Source: Kudoa neothunni
Lineage: Eukaryota > Animalia > Cnidaria
NCBI GenBank assembly: GCA_964304625.1
Contig: OZ199840.1
Coordinates: 8,999,209-9,063,208, forward strand
Direction: 5' to 3'
Length of the DNA: 64,000 nt
Shown here: positions 38,585 through 50,001 of the stretch, piece after piece
Layout: each line of letters opens with the position of its first letter
Numbering within the stretch: position 1 is the stretch's first letter
The notes under the pieces: model-generated
Told to the model about the DNA's origin: nothing
The model's input: the letters and a program-made list of their open reading frames with translations, nothing else
The model's database searches: none
Translations under genes and position numbers: made by a program

Positions 38585-41500
38585 TTTCCTTTGTTCCACA
38601 GAGAACCATTGAATCTGAAGCGTAAAAGCCAAAAAATATTAATCAATATATTCATTTTCTATATTTAATATTTTTTTCTTATTTATAATTAAAAGATATG
38701 CGTTTCTTACATAAATAATAATTAAATTTGTAATTTATTTTATGCGCGGTAACAAATAAAACTAATTTCCATTATCATCCATGCTCAAAAATTATCCGGT
38801 GTACAGACACATTTCTGTGACTGATAAGAGTCTGAGTCTGTGGATAAACTGTATGTACATTAATAATATTATTTTTATATATTCAATAAAAACATAAGTT
38901 GTTTCTTTTGTGGTTTTTAAAAATTAGCTCTAGTTATTTTTTGGAATTGTGGCGGTAATAATAAAATAGACATTCTATATTTTCATATAACACCAATGCA
39001 ACAAAATATCCATATTTATTCATGAAAGAAATCAATTTATGAATAGTTATTATTTTCATGAAACTTCGGAGTTTTCAGTTTAAAGAACTGAATAGGAACC
39101 AATGAATATCTAATCCGATGAATCTATCTATTTAAAGTAATATATATAATGTATGTTCTTCGTTAATTCGCTATAAGGAAAATGATAGTTGTGAGGATAA
39201 ATCTTAGATTTGTCTCATCAACATTTCTTCTATTTTTTGTTTGTAATTTTTGTTTTAATTATAAATTTTAATAATTATTGTAGTATGTGAAAAACATGTT
39301 CTTACCATTAACATAGACAATAATATTATGAAATTGAGATATTCGAACAAGCAAAACAAATATATTATCTCTCTTTCAGGATATGATATTGAAAATAGTT
39401 ATAAGAAATGTGCACTCCAATATTATGATCATAGAGGAACAATTATTGACACCATCCTTACGTGCACTGAAATAACTGATGCGAGCATGGACTCAACTTC
39501 AAAGATGTGCATTTTTGATTGCAAAAAAATAGAATTAAAGTCAACGGGCGAAGAATTCAAAGTCGTTAAATTTTTAAAGTGGTGCCAAGGAACTGATGAT
39601 AATAATGTTAAAGTGTGTCCTAATAAAAAGACTTTCACGATCAAAGGTATGTACTTAAAAAATCGTTTTTAAATTAGCATCTAATAGATCTTTACATAAA
39701 AAGTGAGTTTAATGTCACGAAACAAAATAATATATTCAATGTTACCGTTAAAACTAAAGTCAATGGAGGTTTCGCTGTTAAAGGGGAATCTAGCGAACAA
39801 TCTAGACAATCGTCGGATAGTGCTTTTTATATAGAAAAATCGATTAAAATATATACTAAATCACATAAAACTAATTATGTTGTTGAATTTCTCGATCGGT
39901 CACCAGAAATATTATTAAATCCACAAATACCTGATGTGGATTGGTTTATTGCAACTGGCTCCAAAAGTGAAAACTATTATACAATAACACTCCAAAATCC
40001 AAAACCATCTCATTTATGTTACTTTGGAATAAAAGACATTAATGAAGTTCATTTCTCTTCTAATTGTTCGAGTATGAAAAAAGCTGGGCCATGTATTCAG
40101 CCATGCTATAAAGCAACATTATTTCACGATTCAAACTTGAATTATGCCCAAGTACTTGTGAAACATTATGAAAAGATAATTCCGAAAGAATTTATTCAAA
40201 CTATAACATGTAAGTTCTAACTAATTTAATTTATTCTAATCCATTTCACAGTTACTACTGATCAACCTGCTGTCACTACAACTGGAAAAAACGAAGCCAC
40301 CGTTAGTTTAGCTAATTTAAATAAGAATGGAAATGGTGCTGTAGAAAATGGAGCAGAGATAAAAGAAATTAAATTATTTGAAAAAAAACTTGGAATTGAA
40401 AGTAATGGAAAAGATCTTACATCAAATAGTGGCTCTAAAGAATTTGGTGCAATAACTATAAATTCGCTTGAGCCACTAACAGAATATATTTTAAAGGTTA
40501 AAATAAGTGGACTTACAACCGTAGATTCACCAGAAGTTAAATATTACCATCGATATTTTTATTTCATGACCGCAGGTAATCTCAAATTTACAAATGATAA
40601 AATAATTTAAAATAGGAGCTGAATTAACGGGGGCAAGTAGTTTCACTCCGACTCTTGTGTCAAGCGAACACACTAAATTAACTCTGGATCTTAAAAATTT
40701 ATTCTCAAATGGTAGTGGTAGTGGCAAAACATGTGAGCTATATTATTCAACTGATGGAAGTGAGACTTCAAAATTTCCTGCCACATGTGAAAACAATAGT
40801 GTTAAAAAATTTTGTTCTGGTGCTTGTAGTGAGAATTTTGAAATTATTAACCTTGATCCAAAAACCAACTATAAAATAATTATATGTTCCAGAGGATATA
40901 CATGTGCCGAAACAGCTACGAAAGCGAGTAATTCTTAAGATAATAATGTTATAATCAGTTTAAAATAGCTAGTGGAATCGAACTTACATTAAGTTCTACA
41001 AAATGTGAAGGACAAAAAAAAACTACAATAACAGTGACAAAATCCGGAGGTAAAAGTGACGATTTTAGGGAATCATGGGGTTACATTCTACTGGAAGAAA
41101 ATTCTAAGCGAATAATAAATGATTGTTTGAATGGCAATTGCAACCCTATCATTAATATTGAATCCGGAACAATTACAGTCGATCTTTTATGGTCTAAACT
41201 TGACGCTGACGTCTCTTATAAAGTTGTTGTTGTGAATAAAGATAAAGCAAAGCCAAAGGATACAACCTTTGAATGTATTGGTTTATTGTGAGATATTCTC
41301 TTTATTTTTATAGTTGATATCGAAAAAAATACTCAGGGTATGATTTTATACCACGACAAATCAAAAAAAATGCATATGGTTAAATTTGAAGACAAACTTA
41401 AAGAAAAAAATGATAAGAAATGCACCGTCAAAAAATCCAAAGATGACCTAACTGCCTACGAAAATTTTGCAAATGACAGCAAAGAAATTAAAACGATGTG

Positions 41501-44500
41501 TAACGAACTTTCAACAGAATTTGATATTGATATTAATATTCAAAATAAATTTAAATATATTTCCGTAACTTATCCAGATTCCAAACCTGCTATCGTATCA
41601 CATTCAGAAACATCGGTCGTTATCGAAATAATTTTTTCATTGTTGAACCTAACTCTAATTGCTTAGGATGTAAACGCCCACAATGTCAGAGAAACACTGC
41701 CAGTTAAGGGTAAAGATCAGACACAATTAACAACAGAAAAAAAATTTAACTCTGGAAAAGTTTATTCCTATTATATGGGTATAAAATAATATAATGATAA
41801 GTTTAACAACTTTTTAGATTTTTACGAAGAAATAAGTCATATAGCTAAATTGGATGGAGACAAAATTAAGTTATCTATAAATAAATGTCCATCGTCCTGT
41901 AAAGCGTACAAAGATGAAAATATAGTAAATCCTACATCAGAAACATGTAATGGTGACCAAACAACGCTAAAATATTATTCTATTCAATTCGATGAGCTTG
42001 TTAAAGATTATTATATAAGTTGTCCGGAATATTTTGATTTTCATTATTTTTACGATAATACATTTGTTCAAAATCACGCACCGGTTTTCAGTAGATTTTA
42101 CTACGAATTAAGCGACAATGGTGAGAATAATGCATTATCAGTTAAACTGGTTAACGAAGAGCCATCTAAAATGTGCACGTTTGAATGGATTGATGCCACA
42201 GCATCCGCTTCGAATAATTTTTTCTCAAACGTGTGCGAGAATAAGAACAACTGTTTTTATAGTATGTGTAGTAGCTATAAATTTGGAAGTTTGCCAACAA
42301 CCGTAAAGGCAGTGAAAATACGAGTCCTAAAATTAGGAATGAAACCTTCGATTGGTTATCAAAATAATATATACTTACGTAATACCTATAAATATCTAAT
42401 AAATATATCGTAATTTCTAGTGAAACAAGGAGAGGATGTTTCGGTTGAATCATCAGGAACAAAAATTAAGATCAACATTAGTGCTAATAATAAAAATGAA
42501 CATGGTGGGACTATTACTGGTACAGATGATGTTAAATGCACCCTAACTTTATGGAACACATATGCTCCATTGGTTAGCGAAACTGGAAGGATATCTGTAA
42601 AGGATCCATCATCTTGCGAATTTAAGGAAATGGAAATAACGCCGGTTCTGATTCATTTACCTAACGACATTATGGTGTCTATAACAAATATACCAGATTA
42701 TTCACCTAGGAAATATTTTTTCAATAAAGCGAGTATTTTTTATATTAAAATTGTTTTAAAATATTTTTTAGGCCAAATTACTGAACTTTCCTCTGGTGAT
42801 ATTTCAGTTACTGCTACTTATAGTGGCTTCAGAATCGCTCAAAATACATTCAGCGCAACAGCCACCTGCACTATTTACGTTAGGGAACACAACAAATTAT
42901 ATTACCCTGCTATTTGTTCAGGCAATGTGTTATGTGTAAAACCTTGCAGCTCGGATTTTACCATCATTGGGCTTTATTCAGATACCACCTATGAGCTCAA
43001 AATTGTTCCTAGTGGAGCAAACAATATTAAAACTATTTCCAGCATAAAGACAGGTAAAAAAATAATTTTTAGATCAACTAACATATAATAGATGGTCAAA
43101 CAATTCAATTTGAAGTTTCAAATGATTCAACGAAGAATGATCTCATAATAGAACCTCAAAAAGCTTTAAATGACATTAGTGGTAGTGACTGCTATTATCA
43201 GTTGTATAAACACGATGGAAACCAAAGTAAGGACACCGGGTTATTTTTATTAACATTTTTGTAGCTTCACCTACAAAAATCATAAAGTCCTACATCGGTT
43301 GCACAGATGCAAACATACAAAAATGCAATAAAATTCAGTTTGATAAGAACATATACGATAATAACTATAACTACAGATTGATGATATATGTACCTGATAA
43401 ATTGAAACCTGTCAAACTATCAATACCAGGTAACATATGTATCTACTCTCAATCAACATATTTTTATAGCTTTTACTCGAAGAGGAAAACTTGAACAAAA
43501 GCTTATTCCTTATAATGTTAACGCTGCTGAGAAGTTTTCTATTACATTGTTAGAATTTCCCGTGAATTATAAATGTGCCATAAAGATATCGAGTTTAACA
43601 ACAACTCCTGAATTCAACAAACCAACAGGTTGTACGGGATTAAATGGAGATGACTGCATAATGGAATGCGTTAAAAATGAACTTGAAATTGGGAACATAA
43701 ATTCAAAATTAGATCGATATTTATCAGTTTGTTACGGAAAAAACGACGAGGAAGCAAAAAAATGTAAAAAAGTTCAGGTTTTCCCAATAATAATGAGTAA
43801 TTAATATACATTATATCACCTTTTGAAATATATAGTTAAAATATAATTTATAAAAAATAGAACTAACAATAATCTTCAATATAAAATTCATTCAACTTAT
43901 ATAAACAATTTTGTAGATTTAAATCAGAAAAACACTTATTCAATATCTCACTCTGATGGACAAATTACATTTACCTACAAAACAAATTCTGTTTCAGATT
44001 GGATTATTGAGTACGATGGGAAGAATGACCAACATAGTGAAACGTTTAAAAATGGATTTGAAGTAGAAAATTATTCCGACACAATACAAAGAAAATCTGA
44101 TATATTTTCAATTGATAGATCCATGGATTATTACAAATTTAGTTCAACACTACTGTGGCCTGGTTTATTCTATTATTTGAATAATAGTTATTTGTATGAT
44201 AAGACACTCCTAAAATCTCAGATTATTTATTCTGTTTCAAGGACTGATAGCCCTAAAAAAATACAATTAAAATTCTCTCCTGGTCCATATAACGATGAGA
44301 TTTTGTCATATCAAAGTATTTGAGGTCGATGGTAATGGAGCCGAACAAAAAGATAAAGTTCTGAATGGATGCACAAATGCAGAAAAAGAATGTTTTCGAC
44401 TTTGTCAAGACAGCATTATCAATTTGACAGAAGAAATAAATAAAGTTGGTGTTACAATAAAACGAAGATTTGATGCGAATGGATTCAAACAATTCTTTAT

Positions 44501-46574
44501 AAGTAACATTTAATTAAAATTCATTAATAAAACTATATAGGAGGTGATAGTGTATCGATTTAAGTGATATTACTAATCAGGGGGTCACAATTCGGAGACT
44601 TAACGTTTACAAAGCTATTAATGGAGGAGGTGCAGATATTGCATGTATCATTAAAGTATACAGAGCAAATACATATTCCACCGAAACAAATGCTCAGTGC
44701 AATAACAATGCCAATGAAAATGGTGAATGCAATACTAAATGTGAAGAGTCATATTCTATTACTAAATTGGAAGCTGGAACAAATTACGTCATTTCTGTAT
44801 CGATAAGCAATATTGGATTTAGTGACTATACAAAGAAAATATCATTTCGAACAAGTATCTGTACATTCTAATAATAATATTTCAAAAGTGTTTAGCTGGG
44901 GGAACAGATATAAATGGAAATAATTCAATTCCCGACATAAAGGGCGGAAACGCCACTATAAACACCATTTTCTGCAGATGGTTCGTTACCAATATGCAGA
45001 ATTTATCTTAACAAGAATGGTGACTCCAATCCTAAATATATGGCTACTTGTGACGAAATTGGAGCGTGCGAACATAAATGCGACAATGAGTTCAAAATTA
45101 TAAATCTAATATTAGGAGCAACTTACGAAATGATTGTTGAACCATCCGATGGTAGAAAGGAGAAGAAATATGAAGTTCAAACGAGTATTTTACTTAAAAA
45201 GTCTTATTATTAATAAAACTTTTTAGCAAATACCGATGTTACTATCACATCTACGTTAAACGGAGATAGTGATTTGAAAGTTGAAGTGACTTGGGCTGAA
45301 AAAGATGATAATTCAAGGTGTCCGTTTTTCTTGCAGGAAAAAAAAGATGAAGGTGTGTCGGGAGAAACTGTTACATGGTGTAATGATGATGCAGAATGTT
45401 CGGCTAATAACTGTAGTATCAACATCAATAAATTGTCAAAAGAAAAAGATTACATATTGAAACTGAAAGTGAAGGATTATTCACTCTATAAAGATACAAT
45501 TATTCTATGTAAATGCACTTTTTGACAATTTTATAATTTGTATAATCGAATAATATTTATAAAAAAGACTCAAAAATGGTTCAAAGGATTGGGTAATAGA
45601 GTTTCAATAATATTGTTTTATTATAATAATTTTTTAGTAAATTAAATACAAAAATTCAACAAATTAATAGATTTATAGAAGGTGAAAATGTTAGGAGCGA
45701 TTACACCAATATTGACGTGGATGATATCGCACAAAAAATAAAAGTTGCTGAAGAAAGGTAATTAGTTTGTCCAATATTTTTATAACAATTTATTTAGTAT
45801 AATTTCTATCCAAAAAATACAATATAAATATAAAATGTTTAGAGAATAAAAAAGTAGACGATTATGAAGCTGCAAAGAACAGTCATTCGTAATTTTTGGT
45901 AAAATTTTCAAATTTTAACATTGTTAAGGTCATTGGGCACTTACATGTAATAAAGTAAGCAATATGAAATTTTATAACCATTTTTAGATTGTATGCGATG
46001 ATACCCATCGTGGCCTCACTATTTATGGTGATAGGACTGGTAGTTCACAGAAAAAATTCCAAAGATACTACTCATGATCTCTAAAAATTAACGGTCCATC
46101 CTGCAGACATGTAGTTTTTAAGAATATATTTTATTAGAATAAAACTATTATATATTTAATTTTCTTGATATTTCTTTCAATAGTTAAATTATGTAAATGT
46201 CCATGCTTATTCTAAAATTGGGATTGTATGGGTATTGTATATATATTATTTACACAATTTTTAAAATTCGATGTCATTGGAGTCGACAAACACAAGGATT
46301 CTTTTTATTGAATAAATGTCTATATCAGATCAATATAATTATAATGAAAGTCTTAGTTTATTTTAATAATTAATAAAAGATAGAATTGAAAATTATTTAA
46401 ATATTTCAGTATTAGATTTACTAAATAAATCATTTTAGAAGTAATAACTTATATCTAGTGCTTATAATTAGTCCAAAAGAAATTCTACATTAAAAATAAT
46501 TTTAATATTATAATTGTTAAACAGATTAATAAAGCTACTGAACCAAATATAAAAATTTCTACATGGAATTTAAT
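38585..46574 (+). repeat. Segmental duplication, copy B (~8.0 kb)
   Basis: Colinear with 16305-24243 at an offset of about 22.3 kb. Confidence 0.95.
39182..46084 (+). CDS. Large Cys-rich, FN3-like multi-module type I membrane protein, copy B
   Basis: Same exon structure, signal peptide and TM/tail as copy A. Single-base homopolymer differences at 44301-44304, 44552, 44960-44962 and 45733-45738, and a TGA at 45749-45751 in copy A's frame. Confidence 0.8.
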
Positions 46575-48179
46575 ATCCTCCACCTTTATATTATAAATAT
46601 AATGGAGTTTCTCGAATTGAACGTAAACGATTCCAGGATGAATGTATTTAAACTTTAGCTTTACTGATTTGCGTATCATAGATCAGTAATTTAAAAACTA
46701 GATTATTTATTTAAAAATGAACTTTAAATTGCAATTATTTTTAAAAAAAAATTTTTATTATTCTGTTTCTTGTAATTTAGATAGATTACTAATTCTAACC
46801 AATAAAAATTTATTTTTCATATTAATTTCTGGTAAAACATAAATATTTTAACTTATCTGAGGGTGACAACATAAATGAAGTAACCTCTCACGAAACACTC
46901 TAACATTATTGGCTTTTAATTATAATTGAAACTTTTCAGTCTAAATAAAACTTATTACAATTAAACCTTATTTTTAGGCTTTATAAATTATCAAAAAAAA
47001 TTATAAAAAATTTCTAACAAAAGTTTATGCTGATACGATCCTTAATGGTTTAACCTAAAAAGTGCCTTAAATTCATTGAAATGTAAAGTGAACAAAAGAA
47101 AAAATCGAATCTAAGGCGCTCTGTTTAAAGTATTATCTGCAAAATAATTTAAATATATTATATTACTTTATGTCTATTAAAAAACAATATAAATTATTTT
47201 GGCCAATTCTAAATATGGATCGCCGTTTATTTTCAAAAAATTTGATGACTAAAATTGATGTTAATCAAAGACGACAATCCCAAATTAAACATTAAAATAC
47301 CTATTCGGAAATTTGGAATAACGCCACTTTAAAGAATTTAAGTTATTTGTAGAAATAATCGTAATATATTCTCTAAAAAATTTCTTGTTAAAATATAATT
47401 TGTCATAGTTTAAATATATTTATGTATATTTATAAAATCAAGAAATTAATTTAAATGAAATATACAAAAATTCTTGTTGTCTATTTTCTTGTAAATCATT
47501 ATTTGTAATTATATAATATATCTACTTCAGGAAAAAATAGATATACTAAAACCCAATCCGGTTTATTTCTTGTTAAAAGCGTAAACATTAAATATATTTA
47601 TAAATGGATATAATTTAATGAAAATGTTCGTATAACTACTTTTCTATGTAAAAATTGATTAAACAATATTTTTAAAATGGAAAAACTATCAATACATTCA
47701 TGAGTTTAATTTTAAGATTAGTGAAAATTGTGCATATAAACAGATAAGTCGTATTTTGTATAATACTCGAAAAATTTGTTTGAGTAGTTTCAGTTTAATA
47801 ATAACGTTTTTATTAAGGAGAAATTTTGAATAATGATAAAAAATAATTTTTTGATACAAACTCACAGATAAAATTGAGAACATTTAAAGTTATTGTGTCT
47901 CGTTAATAATTGCGTATGTATATTGTGTATAACAATGTTCCATGAGAAATTTTTAATATTTGTAAGTTATTTTTTTTGGCTGAATCTTTTATTTCTATAT
48001 TTAACTTGTAAGCTGCGAGTAAAGATAATTAATTCAATTTTGTAATGTTGGAGTGCCATACATTGTTTTATTCCCCATAAATTACCATTTAAAAATGATT
48101 TATGTCTAATGATAATTCAAAATTTGAACGCAATAGTGACTTTAGCGACTAAGAATTATACGATTTCTTCGCGTTTTAA

Positions 48180-48383
48180 CCTTTGATACTGTAGTTTATT
48201 TTATACATACGAGGTGGGGGCCGCAGGTTTCCGACCTCTGTATTAAGTAAATTAAAAAACATTGTTATATTAGTATAATTTAAAATCAACAAAGTGTTTA
48301 GTATTTTATAAGATCAAATTTTCTAACTTATTACCTATGAAACCGGTTAAAATATAAATGTTTATGGGTAAGTCATTCAAAGG
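48180..48383. mobile_element. piggyBac-like MITE (204 bp)
   Basis: TTAA|CCTTTGA ... TCAAAGG|TTAA. Confidence 0.55.
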
Positions 48384-50001
48384 TTAAATTGATATGAAAT
48401 ATCAAAAAGAATAATTTATCGCTTCACGATTCTTTTTAGTTTCCGCATCTTTTCACAAAATGATAAAATAAAAAATATTTGTTTGGTCGGAATCATATTT
48501 CTGTCAAATCACATGTGATAAAAAAAGAAAATTACTTAAACGAAGAGAATGTGAATAAAATAATACAATTAAAGATAAATAAAAAAATTTTTCTTTTTTG
48601 ACAATAATTTATCGAAACAGTGATCTTTATTAATAAAAATACTAATAAAATATAGTTTATAAATGACATGATATTTTATATAGTAGCGCAAAATATATAT
48701 GATAATTACGCGTGCGTGGAATATGGATTTCTTAGTTTTTTGTTTTAACCATAAATTTAAAATCAAACGAAGAAAATAAACATGTGACCCAATTTTGAAT
48801 AGAAACTTTTAGTTTATATAATTACTTAATGCAATTTGATTTTAACTTATGGTATAAAAATTAAAAATAATTCAACAAGAAAGATATAAAACATATTTTT
48901 ACGCTAATAAGGGTTTCATTCTTATTTGTCTTACGGTTTATTAAAATAAATCTGGAATAAAATTGTAAAGAACATAGAGATTTAATAAATCTTATGTGTC
49001 TTTTTCATAAAGACAAATATTTTATCATTTATTGATTTGATATTTTTAAATGAAACAAATAAAATTATCATTTTGTATATTACATTAACATATAGAAAAT
49101 AATAAATTGAAAACGTAATTCAACTTTTCTATAAAATTCATCCAATAATTATTGTTTACCAGATTTATTTCAGCTTCAAGGGCAGATAAACCGTACATAA
49201 TATACATTCGAACAAGAATCTCATTGGGTTTAAGGTTCTTTCCCACAAGTAATCCTTTTCTATTCATCAATTCAAAAAACAAAGTTATTGCAATCTGATT
49301 TCCATTCATTCTACCATTGCTACTAACAACTACTTTCCCATACTTTATCCTAAACGTATTTTTCTACAAAATGGAAGAAGAAATTACATTGACAACTTTA
49401 TCCATACTTTCCATTCTTGCCGTAGGAAATGCCCTTATCCCGCTCTACCACAATTTCAATAATGCAGCTACGGCGTTAAAAAAGAGCCACCCCTCTATAA
49501 CCACCCTAGTTTACTTAATACTCGAATCTATCTATTCTAATGCCTTATTTTTCCTTAGTTGCTAATTGTATTTTTTGCGCGGATAGAAAAATATGAACTT
49601 AGCATTCTGTGCCTCGAAAATTTAGCATGGACTCATGTTATGAGATTCACGCCCCTTGGAGGCATGTGTAACACTCCTATAAGGAGGTTCATAATCTATT
49701 TCATTGCATCAAATCATTGATACGGAAGATAACATAATTATAACTATATTTTTAATAAATGCATTAAATTTCCAGACAATTAACTATATAAATATATATA
49801 TATATATAATTTATCGCAAAACATTATTTAAGGCCAAAAACAAAAACATCCTAAATTTCACATAACTGATGAACGTCATAAAGATACGATGTAGTAATTA
49901 TGAGATGTTTATAATAAATCAATGATCCAGATATCGAAAGAGAAATCCCGGAAAGCTAAAAATAATAGGTAAAAATATTATACATAAATAATTGAAAAAC
50001 C

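Noticed and set aside
46485-48766. Short Ile/Lys/Phe-rich ORFs here and at 5888, 11103, 16480 and 33584
   Set aside because: Composition expected from random AT-rich DNA or a TIR; no motifs or splice support.
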